A stretch of 64,000 nucleotides of DNA from Ascidiella aspersa (taxonomy: Eukaryota). Each line of letters begins with the position of its first letter. Position 1 is the stretch's first letter. The translations under genes and the position numbers were made by a program. Of the stretch, positions 50,001 to 64,000 are shown piece after piece. The stretch is taken from positions 32,674,001 through 32,738,000 of the forward strand of contig OZ004608.1 in the NCBI GenBank assembly GCA_963924565.1, given 5' to 3'. The notes under the pieces were generated by a model. The model made no database searches and was not told where the DNA came from. It was given only the letters and a program-made list of their open reading frames with translations.

Positions 50001-51993
50001 AGTAAAGACCTAAAATTGAATGTAGGAAAAAAAACACTATACATGCCATAGTCAACAAAAATTTAAAAAAAAACTTTGGTAATTGTTTTTTTAACGGCAC
50101 TTTCAATGCACATAAGCTGGACTTAAAACAAATTCAAATACTTTTTAATAACATAGCATACATTGAAAACTTTTAAATATGTAAATCAATTGAAAAACTT
50201 TTAAATATTCAAATTCAAAGCCTTTTTTGACAACCTGCGTTAGTCCTATATAGAAAACCGAGACTTTAAAACTGCTTTCGTAACCGTCGCGAAAGCAGTC
50301 TAAAGGATACTTCCCACGGAGGCACAGGTGTACATCAACAACCCCCAAGCTTGAGTTAGTTTTCTTTACAGTTTTTACAGGCTTTTACGTCACTCAACCC
50401 CTGTTCTCGTCACGCGAACTGACAGAGTTCAAGGCGGTGAAGTCAAAACCGAGATTTCTGGTCTCGGGCCCACCCAAAACAATCCCGTTTCGGTTTGCGT
50501 TTGCGCTTCGTCAAACCATAACAGGTTTAGGCGGGGGCGAAGTAACATTGCAAGGGTGGTAAAAATGCGGTGCCACCTAAACTGAACAATGTTGAAGGAC
50601 TGGTATAGGTTTAAATTCACACAGAACACTAAACTTGAAAGTTCTGGACTAAGAAAGTCTTTAAATGCCACGTGGTTGTAAATAATACGTCTTTAGGCCA
50701 GTGATAAGCATACATGTGTAACCTGTTTCAATTACATTGTTAATATGTAGTAAAACAACCACAACAATTGTTACAGAACATACAGCTTGCTCTATCCGGA
50801 AAACACTTTAAGCGTGATTTTGCATTTTGCAGTATCACTAAATAATGGGCAAATTAAACAAAATGGGAACGACGTTTTTAGCACAAGCAGCAACTTTAAA
50901 TTCGCTGCTGATAGATTACAGGACTAATTAAGCCCTACATAATTGTATTTACTGCTAAAACTCTACGGTGCGTACGCTTGCTTGCCACCTTTTGCACATT
51001 TCACCCACACAAAATCCCCATCGAGTTTGCCAAAATGGGGTTTCTTACCCTACTCCAACCGGAAACACCACGGAAATCGACACGTGTAGCAACGCCACAA
51101 AAAAGGCGAACATTCAACCGCACAAATGTCCCAAAAGTTTGCAAGAACGCGAAAATACGTCAAAGCACTTTGACTTTCGAGGACCGAGGCCTGCGACCCT
51201 TGCTAAAACAACAGCAGTGCTTGGATCCCGGAAAAGGGGGTGACTTTTAGGGGTAACAGGGGACCCTCTTACGGGGCGAATTTCATTACCCAGCGAACGC
51301 TGCCGCGAAACTCAATATCGAACGACCTATCTGGCGATTTAAATGGGCCGTGTCGACTGTATTGACCTCGCTCTCTGTCAAAATGCTGAAGTTTGACAAT
51401 CTGTCCTGTCGCAACGGTTTGTATGTACAAGGCTAAGCCGCGCTGAAAAGTAAGGGAAGGAATAGGTCTTTATGTTGAACTAGAGAGAAATGGAAAACAC
51501 CGGTAGGTAAAAGTGACAACATCCGTCTTAACCTATCGCCTGTAACAACAACCCGAATGCTTAGAAGTGGACAAATATGATGTGTAGGAGTTTCATCAGT
51601 CAGCGTTAGAAACCACCCGCCGAACGGAATTTGAACCCCAACTCTGCCTTGTATTTATAAACTACATGTCATCATAATAAACCACAAATCACATTGAAAT
51701 GCCAAGCCCAAAACATTTCCACTAAAGGTTTTTTACTAAACATATTGGAACACACAAAAGTATATCCTAGAGGTCATCCTTATGGTAAACAGTAACAAAC
51801 GTAAACAATATAGTTCAAATCTCGTCTAAAAAGTGCTTGTATCTTAAAAACTGCTAAAAAAATATTTATCTAAATCACAATATATACACCATAATTAAAC
51901 TTTAGGCGTTTTTTCGAAAAATATCGCGAAACACCACTTGTGGTTTACGCACTACCAAAAAAAGTAGAAAAAACAACACAAAACCCAACAAAC

Positions 51994-52224
51994 CTGAAGT
52001 AGGCGAAGGTGATCATGCAGATGACCAGGCAGACCAGCGAAATGCAGATGCCCACGCTGGTTATGATGTCCAGGGCCAGCTCGTTGACCGGTCCGGACAC
52101 CTGGACGCCGGCAACGTTGACCAGGACGGCGAAACTGGTCAGGTGGTCGCACGAGCACTCGGTGTGAGTCCGGTTGGACACCGTCACGTGACAGCCGTCC
52201 GAGTTCCAGCTGCCTTGGCGTTCG
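51994..52224 (-). CDS. ADGRL: Latrophilin-like GPCR, GPS motif and TM1 exon
   Basis: GSWNSDGCHVTVSNRTHTECSCDHL|TSFAVLVNV...ELALDIITSVGICISLVCLVICMITFAYFR; intact autoproteolysis consensus HL|T. Confidence 0.96.
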
Positions 52225-53078
52225 CTGTTGGGGGAAAATAGGTTTGAATATTTTTTGCTTTAAATTTTCACTAGTTTTAAGTTCAAAAATGTTTTTCGGG
52301 GTTGATAGCTTTTAATGTTTCCTGTTTATGAGTTGGAAGGAAGGTGTGATGTTATTCGCTTTAAATCTTGGTTGATTTTAAGTTAAGTAGGATTTCTGGG
52401 TGACTGCTAGGATTTTTTACATGTGTTTTTTAAACAATAGTTTTTTGGTTTACCGCATTGTATTTCGATTTAATTAAGACAGAAACAAGATGTGAGGTTA
52501 AAAGCTTTAAAATTATATTTTGTGAGTTAGAAGTATAAGATTAGTGGAGCTTTGAGTTAGAAGTATGGTTTTGTTGGGCAATAAGTATGATTTGGCACAG
52601 TTACAAACTATATACTTTTTGAATATACTGTTGCTGACAGGCATTATATCAATTTTAAAGAGGGTTCTTCTGACAAATATATATATTTATTAAAATTACA
52701 ATATATAACTACAACTTTAAGTTTGCTTGGGTGCAAATGCTAAACAACATGTAAAATCGGCAGTTCAACAAGGATAGTGTGTAATAACATTAAAAATAAA
52801 CACCTCTACGTTTTCCAGAAAGAGCAAACTTATTTCCCTTATTTTAAGTTTTACTTGGGCAAGCTGGTTAATACGTGAGTTTTAGCAAGAAACCACCATG
52901 TCATCAATTATTGATACAAGTGTCTACAGTATTACATCATCGAAATAACTAAAACGATAAGAATCGTCCCGGTGTTAAGGCCCTAATGCGCTGCCAGTTG
53001 TGATTTTATTTTTGTGCTGATTTTATTTTGATCTTAAAGTCTTTTTAAAAACAAGACAAAAATTTCAGGCAAACTTAC

Positions 53079-53125
53079 CTTTCTGAATAGGACCAGTAAA
53101 CACATTTCCGTGGAACGTCCACCTC
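53079..53125 (-). CDS. ADGRL: Latrophilin-like GPCR, 47-nt exon starting the GPS motif (EVDVPRKCVYWSYSE)
   Basis: Acceptor TTTTATTTTCAG, donor AG|GTAAGT; supplies the CxxW of the GPS; phases 0 to 2 fit both neighbours. Confidence 0.9.
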
Positions 53126-56100
53126 CTGAAAATAAAACAAAACAAAACGTTAAAATTTTAGGCAGAAGAACACAAGTATTTATGTAAAAATTTTGTGACA
53201 ATAAGAAATCAATTTTTATGAAATAACAAAGATTGGCTTGATCAAAATTTTCCAAAAAGATATTGTTTGTCCAATATTCATATAAATCGTACACAGTGTA
53301 TAAACAGACTTCAGAACATTACATTAAAAAAAAACATTATTGTTTAAAAAAACTTTTGATCAATAGCGCCTCGACAGTTCCAGGCGTAAAACTTGGCAAA
53401 AAATCAGCTCGTTATTCGTTACTCCCGGGGATTGGAAAAGCTGGAAACACTCTACAACCCTACACAACTAAATACCCAGCCTTCGCATCAATTTGCATTA
53501 CCGGGCAACTCACAGCAAAACCGAAGGCCGCATCAAGCAAAAAAAGCGGTAAGAAATAGGAGGGGGTAATGCAGTGGCTTGCCAAACAAATTAGAAGCCG
53601 GGTGTCTGGTTGGGGGAGGGTGGGCAGGGGTGGAGATGCTATCTGGGGCCAACGTACAAGGGCGCATTTAATCGGTCGGTAAATAAAGAAAACACGACAA
53701 AGCAGGCATTGCGTTTGTTTGCAGCCAAAGCGAAGCGGCGAACGGAAAAGGGGTCCACTGATCACCCCAAACAGCGAAAGTCAGCAGGTCAGCGCCTGGG
53801 CACCCCCCACCCCCCCAACAGGACCCCTATTTTTCGTCCTGTATCCACTCAGCTGACCAACTAATCAGTGCGCGGTCATCAATTAACCGACCCAGGCTTT
53901 CAACTGGTCTGGGTATGCAGAGAGAGGCCCCAAAAGTCCGGCCGGCGTGTTTTGACAAACCACATGTAGCTTACCCCAACCCCTTCACCCTTTACCCCCA
54001 TTTCTGTCCTTGCGTCAGCCACATTCCTTTTGAAAAACGAGTTTGCTTTTGTCCTAATACCGGCGGCCTTACCCTTAAAGCGGTCAGTTTTGAATTATAG
54101 CGGTCAGCCGTTTTTTCGGTCCTTGTATTTCGAGCAGATCCGCCCTAAAATCAACAGTGAAAGCGCACAAACGGTCTTCTGTTACATCACAATATACGCG
54201 CGTGACACGGCACCCGAAAAAACGCTTTAAGTCGTTGACCGATGTAGCAATTCAAAACCGGGTTTAAACTGGTCTAAAAACACCCGTGTGATTTGACCGC
54301 TAGATTATTTTAAAATCACACACCGGGCAATGAGAGACGCTTTTCAGATAAGCCTGCTGAAGTTTACTTTGCCAGACGAGGTTTCTAACTAAATTTGGTG
54401 ATCGCGGTCAGTTTTACCTCTAAGGTGCACCCACCAGACCTTTTGCGCTGCACGATTTATTCAATAATTTAATTATTCTTTAATTCTGGATAAACGGTAT
54501 AGACTTGCAATAAGTGAAAAAAGCAGAAGCTATATGTGAATTGAAAGAGCTAACTCGTACTTTGGTAATATACATGCCACTTTGCTAATTCACAAAATGT
54601 GCGATACATTTAAAACTATGCCAACTTATACCCTTAGAATATTGGAGCTAACTTAAACAAGAATCTTCCCACTATAAAAAAAATATTAGAGGTTACACCA
54701 GTGTGCACGGCTCCTGGTTTATTGATCAGGGGCCTTAACCAAACAAGCTAATTCTCCCTTGGCTATACGATTGATGCAAGTTACACGGGCATTTCCTGCA
54801 GGCAAGCATTTTCTTTATCAACGTAGATTTCAGTGGGCGGTTGCTTTAAAGGCTAGCGCTATCTTCGTAGGCGCTCTGCAGAATACACGCGACTAAAGCC
54901 CCGTGATTTGTCGGCGCTTTCAAGTCGCCATTGATACAAAGCGAACAAAAATCACAGGCAAAAAATCACACAGTGGCTACTGCTTTACGATTACGGGGTC
55001 ACTGTTTGCGGTAGTAGCGAGTAACTGACAGAAACCCGGGTCGTCAGATTGATTAATAGCGGCGACATGCTTTCGCCGTGACGCCCATTGGTCTGGGTGA
55101 GGGGGCGTTTGGGTAAAGGAGTTGGAGTGGGGCTTAAAGCTCTGCAGGGCGTGCTGCGAATGACAACAAACAATGGCTGGCCTTCACCGTGTTTTGCCTA
55201 TGCTCGGCCAGGGTCTGGTTTCGCTTGATTTGTGACCTTGTAGGCGCGCTAGATACTGCCTGCGGGAAAATGTATCCCTAAAGGGACCCTTGGGGTTCGT
55301 GGGGGCCGCTTGGTTTGTGGGGTTGGCTGGCTACTGGGGACACAAGTGTCATCTGCCCCTGTAAAGCGATAGGGGTAATCTGTTATGGAAATGCAGAAGG
55401 GTCACAGTTGTTGGCGGTGACAGCAAACCATGTCAGGCCGAATGGTCGTGATTGTGACAAATGCAGTGAGGTTTTGGCTCCGATAGGCAACCCAGCAAAT
55501 TTAACACCGAACCTAATCTCCCACTAATGTTGCGTGACAAACAGGATCGACGATTTTCGTATGGCTTTTATTAATATAGATAGCAATTTTTATGTCTAAT
55601 TTAGAAACAACCGACCTACTTGTTCTATTGTAATAAATTCAATCCCAATCTGGCTTGATTGTGCAGGTTAAACAAGACGATGAAAAACAGTACAAAACGT
55701 GATATTTCTTAACCACAGGGTAAAAATTAAACGAAACCAGTTGTAGAATAATATTCGATATAATGATAAGATTTTGTGTAGGATATACATAGCTACACTG
55801 TATCAGGTATACTCATAAACCCACAGTATATTTGGTTCTTATTGCTAATAACGAAAACACCGCAAAACCACAGTAAACAGGATTCTAACTCAGCACATAG
55901 TTTACCATCAGGAAACAGTATTGCACATATTGACAAATCTAAAAGTGAAGTTTCATAAATTTTAACAAATCCTCACGACTTGTTTTGAAGGAAATATCAG
56001 GTTTTCTCTGGGTTTGGTATATAGGTGGGCCAGGCCTCCACCCCTTACACACAAACACATCGAAAAAACAACAAATTCCTCACAAGGGCGGGCGGGTGCA

Positions 56101-56946
56101 GGTCGACTATACTATAATAGCGGAGTGGAAGGCGCATTACTCGCCCCGACCGTAATTACGACGTACGAGCGCGGTAAAGCCTAGTCGAGTGGACGCAAGC
56201 TACCGGCCATCCATTATTCATTGCGCGTACATCGCCCAGTGCTACACTGTGTTGTTGGCCGGAGCGCAGGGGAAACGTAAAACATTGCCTCGTGTTTTGG
56301 CGGTAAACAACGCGCCCGAGATATTTTCTTGTGTTGCCAGCAGTCGCCCTTCAAGCGGCGTCTAAGGAGGCGACTCGTTAGGCTTTCTTTTAAGTCGCAG
56401 TGTCGGCATTCGTCTTGCGTACTTCGACGAGCCAGATTAAAACCGGTGAATTCTCCCGCTGAAATTTAGCTTGGTGTGCGATTTCGTGTGTTCGGCCCCA
56501 TATAGTTTATAAACACTGTGGAGGTTTATAAGGCGCACAGCTTGCGTGTCCATTACACAGAACGGCTTCCGAGTTTACCCATTTGATTTTAAATTATGGA
56601 ATACCTTTAACGCCAAACAACATTCTCGGATTCAAAACATCGAATGTCGTTGCTATTACTAATAAAACATCTCGAACAGCGTTTCCCATATAAACAAATA
56701 GTAGAAGTTTCGAGCAATATTGTCAATACAAATATTAACATATCACAACAATATCAACTTAAGAAATAAAAAGTAACGTGTTCTTAGATCGTTTAAGCGT
56801 ATGCTTGACGGCTGAGCCAATTGATGAGTGGTCGCATATCCCAATGGGCGTAAGTTCGAATCCCGGGAAAGCACCTAGTTTTTATCACTTAATTCTGCAG
56901 GTCAGGGGGTTAAATTTAGATCCCCACAAACACAACTCGGACCCAC

Positions 56947-57164
56947 CTGTTTGTTTTCGAGCAGGATTCGAACCGGGGTCGTCAGAAAAACGCGGTTGCC
57001 AGGGCGACCGAGTGACGCCGAAATAATCCGTGAATTTACTTTCCACTGCTCCGATGCTGCAACGTCAGAGGCGGAAGAGGTTGTGGCGAAGGCGCCATCT
57101 TGAAGCTGGGCGTCTGCGAATTCGCCTAGGTTATTGAAGACGGCGAAGACAGCCTTGCTCACAC
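56947..57164 (-). CDS. ADGRL: Latrophilin-like GPCR, GAIN domain exon
   Basis: GVSKAVFAVFNNLGEF...KVNSRIISASLGRPGNRVFLTTPVRILLENKQ; the VNS.IISAS...VFL..PV GAIN motif. Confidence 0.92.
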
Positions 57165-60100
57165 CTGTCGAAAGAAGACAAGTGCTGGTTAAGAAGATAT
57201 TGGGGTTCAACTAACATTGCTATAGTGTTCAACTAAATATGGCTAGAGTAAGATATAGGGATTTCGCATTTATGGCCATAGCAAGATATTGGGGATAGCT
57301 AGAGAGAGATATTAGGGTTCAACAAGTATGGCCATAACGTCTCAATCTAGTGTAAGCAAATGGTGGCGTAGGGGTTACAATTAGATCTGGATTAAACATC
57401 GCTTTGGGGATTATTTGGTTTAGGAAAGTGGTTCTCAACCACTTTTACCAGACAGAAAGGTGCATTTTTTACTTATGGGCATACAAACAGATAGTAACAC
57501 TGTATTGCCGAAACAATCAACACAACATTGTCAAACTACTGCTTTATAGAGTGATTACCAACGTTACGATACCCTGTTTTAGGGGTTTACAAACATCCAA
57601 TAAATGTTGTAATTTAATAGTCGCCCAAAACAATTTACAAAATAAAACGGTCCGTTACTGAATAGGGTATACTGGTTAAAAAGTTTGTCGGGTATAGGAT
57701 TAGTGGGTTATATTTAGGGGATTAGGGTTAGGCTTTGCTTACCCCGAAAGCACAAAAATGTTGGCAAGGGATCTGGGTAATTATTGCCCCCCCCCCCCCC
57801 GTATAAAATGCAGAAAAAGCATGTTCGACAAAAAAAGTCAAAGGTAGCGTTTTTATGAAGTTCAGGCTTTAATACAAGATTACAAAGAGTGTTGATAAAG
57901 ATTTCGACTAATAGATTGGATAGCGCACACGAGCCCAATGGTCACATTCAGTTAGGATATTATTTTTCCTTTAGCTAGGATATCACTTTAGGATGGCACA
58001 ATTGCCTATCTACCGCAAGTACATCCTTTCCGAAGCGTTCTGAAGCTTGTTTTAGGCGATGTGCGTGTTTATCCGAAAGTGCTCGTTTCCGTTACGTTGT
58101 AAAAAGTCCGCTCGACTGAGCATGACACAAGACGAAATGCCCTTGTTTAGTTAACCATCCATTTCGTTGGATACAAACAACATATAGGCTCACAACCGTT
58201 TTATAGCCATAATCCTGAGACTGATTTAGCGGTTCACTCAATTGTAGTATATGTTTTATGAATATGAAGTGCCACAGTAGTACATTGTTGAAAATAGGAG
58301 GTAAAACGTAAAAATGCGGCCCTAACACAATTAAAAAAAAGTCAAAGGCTTTTCATAGAAAATGTGTAGGTTTTTAAATACCTCAAATTTGACCATTAAA
58401 CATAGTTCAAATATATAACTCACAAACAATACAGTAGAAATGCTATGGTCAACACTTTGTCGACAGTTAAAAAAATTGTTTTACAATACCTTGAACTGCA
58501 CATAAATCAGTTCGAGACTATTCAAAGATTTTTGGAAAAAATAGGGGTTTCAAAGTCTTCGCAATGCACAATTTAAATCACAGACAGTTTAATGTTCAAA
58601 GATTTTGTGGCAACCCTGACAGTGCCAATCTGTGGTAACATTAACCCGCCGCGAAAAATAAACACAGGTATGTAAACACTCGATGGTCCCGTGGCCGTTG
58701 GTCAAAACCACCAAAGAAAACGTTTTGTTTGCCGCGGGAAAGCCACTTGAAGTCCCAAGGAAGGCAAACATATGACCGGGCTTGGTCTTAGCACTCCAAA
58801 ACACAACAAACAAGTCGTAAATCTCGCCTTAATCAAGCAAAGGCGATAGCTGCACCACGTATTTATCGTGTGACACTCCATGGCGGAATTTTGCCGACGA
58901 CCGCGCCCCTTTAGTGTACTGTAGAGTATCAATTCGCTCGGAAGAGCCTGTTTAATTAGCCAACGCGGCTATGTGTGAAATACCTGGGTCCACTCTATAC
59001 GCGTTGGGTCGCTATCGTGTGTAAATAAGACTACAGGGGGCAGGACAAAATCTCACTTCGCACATAGTGGTATGTATAGGAATGGGCGTCTTGGTTGCTG
59101 AATATGGGTTTTAAATACATTTCGAAAATACCCGGAAAACTGTAAAACTGTTGCTACCAGGCATAGTAATAACTTGATCAAAAACAGCTCCTCTGGTAGT
59201 TGTTCCAGGGAAAACTGGATATTTGTAAAAAATTCACGCAAGCAGAAATCAAAACAACAACTAACTTTCTTGTATTTGTATCATAAATAGGTTTTAATCT
59301 TATATTTACCCAGACCTAAAAAGAGTCCTTTCTTGAAAGAAACTGACCGTTCAATATAAACGCGTGAATTATGTAATCAGTAAAGTAAAACAACAAACAA
59401 GTTATTGTCTTTTTTCCTTAAGTTCTAATCTATTTTAACCAGGCCAAAAAAGGCCGTGCAATCTTAAGAGAACTGACCAGTCAACGCCATAAGGTGTAAT
59501 ATCTCGATACGTTGACTTTTTGACCGTTCTTAAGCCGAAAAGAGGCTCAATCCCGGCTTAGCTTCGAATGTGTCAAATGCCTGGAGTCGAACAACAAGCA
59601 ACGGATTGTGGTAAAACCCGCAGCTGCTGCCTGATTGTCTCAGCAGTTCGACTTTTCAGCCAAGACACGTCGCTCGCTATGTTTACTGTGCGGAGGCTAA
59701 CTGGGCGTAATTAGCGCGCGTTTCGACGTTAAGCCACTGTTAAGGCGAAAGCAGGTTTACGACGGCGGCGAAGTTAAATGAACGAGAGCTTTGTTAACTT
59801 GTTAGAAGAGCTGGCTTTATAACCTGAGCGAAAAACAATTGGCTTAACTCCTGTAGTGGACATGAGAAATGTTTTTGTGGATATCAAAAAAGTTAAACAT
59901 TTTTTTGTGGTTTATTGACGCTTCGGTCTAATAGGGTCATTTCACACTAACTATAAACAATTTAAAACGTTAAAAATGCGGCAACAACAACAACTGCATT
60001 TAAAGTCACTTCAATATGGACTAAATATAAAAAAATTAAGTACCATCTATTTATCTTTAAAATCTATAAAACAAAAAGTCCCTTTTTATCTGGTATAAAA

Positions 60101-60290
60101 GGTATTTTTTTTTAGGTCTAAAAGTTATCTCCAAGGAGTAAACTGCATTAATCTCGAGTGAGCAACAAGACATTTTACAAAAAAATAGTACAGTGTTACC
60201 AAACCAATAAAAACTAAGGAAATTACGCTAAAACCTACCAGCCAGGCATAATGATTATATTTCAATTAAAAAGCTAATGCGATCTTTTAC

Positions 60291-60485
60291 CTTGACTGGC
60301 TTGAGCGTTCAAATTTTGCCTTGGCATTACGATGCGGTCGGTGATGCGTGACCAGGCCGATAGTCGGTTGGTGTTGAGGGGATCGGGGAAGGTTACAGGC
60401 TGATGACGTTGCTGTGACGTAGAGGCTGGGACGCGTTGAACTTTGACCTGGACGAAGACGTCGCTCTGTTCCGAGGTGCGAGTGA
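60291..60485 (-). CDS. ADGRL: Latrophilin-like GPCR, GAIN domain exon
   Basis: Acceptor TTCTCTTCCAG, donor G|GTAAAA; 195 nt, phase 1-1; TRTSEQSDVFVQVKVQRV...VTFPDP...DRIVMPRQNL. Confidence 0.82.
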
Positions 60486-61104
60486 CTGGAAGAGAATGGT
60501 AAGATGTAGGAAGAGAGTTTTTAGATGATAGTTTGAACCTGAGGCGAAAAGGCTGTTTTGGATGGTTTCAAAATGTAAGTTTGGATGTTAGACGGGTTTG
60601 TTTTTTGCCCCAGCTTAAACCTAAAAGTCGCTTTCTAGCTTAGAAAAGATTTTCTTGGGTATCTTGGGATGAACGTGAGCTTGATTTTAACAATCCCGAA
60701 ACGGTATCTGCAGCTTTTAGGTGTTAATTTGAACCTGCTTTTTAATCAGGTGGCTTTTTGTCGGTACTTAACTGCCTAATGCCAAGGTAGAACAAAAAAT
60801 ACGTCAAAACACTTGCATCAGACAAAGTCCGGTGAAGTTTCCTAGTGTTTCCCTGGTGTCGAATTGAGTACAGCCAATGACCCATTTCAGTTGCTGTATT
60901 GAGGTTAACCGTATAAAAACTGTCTGAGACCGCTGCATTTAACTTACAAACCCTCCCCCAAAAACATACAGACCCTCACCCAAAAACATACAGACCCTCT
61001 CCCAAAAAATCGTGGATTGCTTTTAAATAAATAACCTAGGCCACTCTATAACCAGCTTTCTTCACAACACAAATAACTCACAAATATAAAAAAAAGAAAC
61101 GTAC

Positions 61105-61288
61105 CTCCAGTCTCGGTGAGCGATTCCGAGTCCACGTTGCCGGCCACGTCGTCAGCCAATAGGAACCCGGCATTTCCCACGCTCTCTATGACGTCATTGG
61201 CGCTGGTGTGCCTTGTCGTTGCGCTCATCCGCTTCCACGACTGCGAGTTCTCCCAACTGATGAGGGTGTCCGCCGAACGGGTAATTCC
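61105..61288 (-). CDS. ADGRL: Latrophilin-like GPCR, GAIN subdomain A exon (most 5' exon found in the window)
   Basis: GITRSADTLISWENSQSWKRMSATTRHTSANDVIESVGNAGFLLADDV, matching latrophilin SWKDMN.TEQ...A..LL..LE.GAFLLADN; donor G|GTACGT. Confidence 0.88.
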
Positions 61289-64000
61289 CTGTGTTGAGAA
61301 AAGGTTTGTTTAGACATGGGGGAAATATTTAAAACTAATTTGAAGAATTATGGCAAAATGCAAGTTTTAGCTTCAATTAGTTTATGTTAGCTGAAATTTA
61401 TTTTCTATTTCTATGAACATAATTTAAACATGGAATCAAGAATATGGTTTGGTTGGTTGGCATTAAAAAAACATTAAACCTGTTTGTAACCACTTTTGGT
61501 TACAATCCATGTAATGTCCTAGAGTTAAAAAATATATATCTATTTTTTTTATCAAGAAATTTTTAAGATAGATTTTCTGTACAATATACAGGCGCAATTT
61601 TTGCAGCCGAACAAAACACTGTAAAGGTGTAATATTTGTTACGAGAATAAAGGGTTAGTATTACTTAACAAAATTGAAAAATTGTCACAATTTATACATA
61701 GATCCATTCCCACATCCGGAGATTTCAAAATCTGGCAAGCGACTTAAATAGAAAAAACAACGTCAGATGCATTTGCGAGATTTTCGCGGGGGCTTTAACT
61801 TTTTAACGCTCAGGCAGTGAACGTCGATCCGGGATCGAGATAAGACGTTTCCGTTCGTGCCAGTTATCAATATTTCATGCCGCCAAATGCCGGGCCCTAG
61901 AACCGGGCCAAAAGTGGCAAGCGTTGCGAGTGCAGAAGCCTGTAGACGTGTCATGTCGCCGTCGCCTGTGCATAAGGGCGCCCGCAAAACGTCCTGGCTC
62001 TTTGGACTATGCTGAATACGGCCCTGCTCTTTTTTTAATATTTGCTCATACCAAGCGACTTTTGATCAGCCAAAAGATCCTAGATTTGGAATACGATATA
62101 GTAGGAAAATATCAAAGTAGGAATATAAAGTTTTAAATAACTATTTATTCAGTTTCACCATTTTATGTGGGCTGAGATGTACCTGCTACGTGTAACTAAA
62201 ACCTCCAACCATTATTCTGCAAAGGAATAAAATATCTTTCCGACATGACTCGTTTTAAAATTGATATTTTTGCTGTTCTTTACATTCTTTGCTTTTGGAT
62301 TTATTTATAGGTAAATTTATCAAAAAATAGTATAGGTTAGCAACTGGAGGCAACTAAACCTCCTAAGGCTAAATCACATTTTGGCTTAAATTGTTTAAAT
62401 TTTATCCATTTTTAAATATTTAAGCTTATAAATGACGTCATGTGGTATGAGATCGCATCGCGATAGTCTTTGTGCCAAATATCGCTGGTCGCAATAATAA
62501 CTATAAATCCACATAAGGTGAAAAAAGTATCAAATTCGTTCACATTTTTCTGCTGGTTTGGTGGCAACCGAGGTTTTTGTTCCGCACTTTTGTAACTTAG
62601 CTATTTGCCAATTTTTGTGCGTCTAATTTTTTGTCCCAAGTAAAATGACGTAGCAGTTTCAGCATTTGCCCTTTCGGTATGTTGAAGATCGGATCAATGC
62701 GTAAGATTATGACGTTACAATTCCTGTGACGAATTTGACCTTTTACCGTATGCAGAAGCTAAGGGTAACTGTTTCAAGTTCGCAAACTAACCTTATAAGA
62801 AGCCCAGCGTATATAGGTTTACAAATACATACATGTATAACTTATACAGTTATGCAATTTTGAGCGTGTTTTTAGGGCATTACGTAAAATTTCCCATCAT
62901 ATATATATTTTTTTTTTGTTTCGAACGACTTCAATTCATTTTTAGTAAAATACTGCTTTGTCCATTTTACTTTAATCTCGGGAATGAATCTCCTACAGCC
63001 GCCTACGAAACAAACCCCGGGCTGCAATTTGCAGCAGTTAATTTCTGCTGTACGCCCGGGTTTTAAAGCTGGAAAGTGACAGGCGTGAAATCGGCCTACA
63101 GACCGAGATAAAACTAACAAGACGGCCTTGGATTTGACTTTTAAAGAGAGAGAGAGGCGAAATCCTGCCGCGCCGGATTATTTATAATTGCACCCGCCTT
63201 TTTATTGTTTGACTGGTGACTTATCACGCGCAAATCTAAAAAAAGTGGTGGAGAGTTGATCCTTGTGTCATGTTGTTTTACCGTTTTCTCTTCCGGAACA
63301 CGAAAGACAAGATAAACATCATAACCTAGCGACCATTGTAACATCACTGGGGAAATCATAGCGCTTTATGTCGCAATTTTCGATGATATGGTACGACGGT
63401 TAAAATATTTACCGAAAAATAACTAAACTAAGCAGACTTTAATACTTTGGCTTTCAAATGTATATTAGGAAAGAATATGGCATGACAGTGATGCCACATA
63501 GTATATTCACTTTGAAACGGTTATTTCTAGGCACGAAAAACTTGCCAAAATCATACCAAATGACCGGAGGTGGATATTTTAGCTTTCAAAGTTACATAAT
63601 AAGAAAACGAAAAAGGGTTGAGGCATTTAACTAGACCTATGTAACCCCTTAGCTTGACCCTACTGAACGCCCGAATGAGCGACAAAAGTCCCGTGTTCCC
63701 AATTCCGGCGCGCAACAACACAGCCTATATTGTATGGGTGTGTATTTTCGGCTTTGACGAACGGTAAAACGTCTACAAAAAAACGCATAAAAGATTTACG
63801 CTGCTGGAAACCGTTGCTTGAATCCGAAAATAACTTTTCTGGTGTTTGTTAAGCCAAATATACCCCTCAACTCCCGATTTTATACTGCGTTTTACCTTAT
63901 TTCAGTGCGCAACTTATTTATAATGGATAAGGCAATGCGAAAATCCCAAGTCATATTGCGTTAAAATTTCCACTTGATGTTTGTGACATCTTTTCACCGC

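Noticed and set aside
56826-56876. tRNA-like GAGTGGTC...GTTCGAATCCC
   Set aside because: Has A/B-box-like pieces, but the spacing is too short and no cloverleaf can be formed; at most a decayed SINE fragment.
63282-63326. Possible extra small latrophilin exon (TAG...ACG|GTAAAA)
   Set aside because: Weak acceptor and no latrophilin-like residues; upstream exons are probably outside the window.

Overview
Intron-rich, AT-rich animal genomic DNA, not prokaryotic. It is probably an invertebrate chordate such as a tunicate; this is inferred from vertebrate-like latrophilin motifs, non-vertebrate intron positions and abundant TGACGTCA. Two spliced genes can be rebuilt by hand with phase-consistent GT-AG junctions. 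(1) A plus-strand five-coding-exon Tctex-1-family dynein light chain gene (14087-25102, about 316 aa, long Ser/Arg-rich N-terminus). (2) The 3' part of a minus-strand latrophilin/ADGRL-type adhesion GPCR (61288 down to 32639): GAIN, GPS (HL|TSFAVL), 7TM and a long tail ending in a PDZ-binding motif; its 5' end lies beyond the window. A probable first coding exon of a third gene (1243-1311, minus) runs off the left edge. Non-coding DNA holds several hAT-type MITE families with 8-bp TSDs, a degenerate 5S rRNA copy and local tandem repeats. The most interesting signal is in the latrophilin tail region. The exon that bridges reading phase to the long tail carries an in-frame TAA, is followed by 14 YCAY (Nova-type) motifs in about 90 nt, and a competing upstream donor could bypass it. 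This suggests a regulated short-tail versus long-tail/PDZ splicing switch. All protein identities come from recalled motifs, not database searches.
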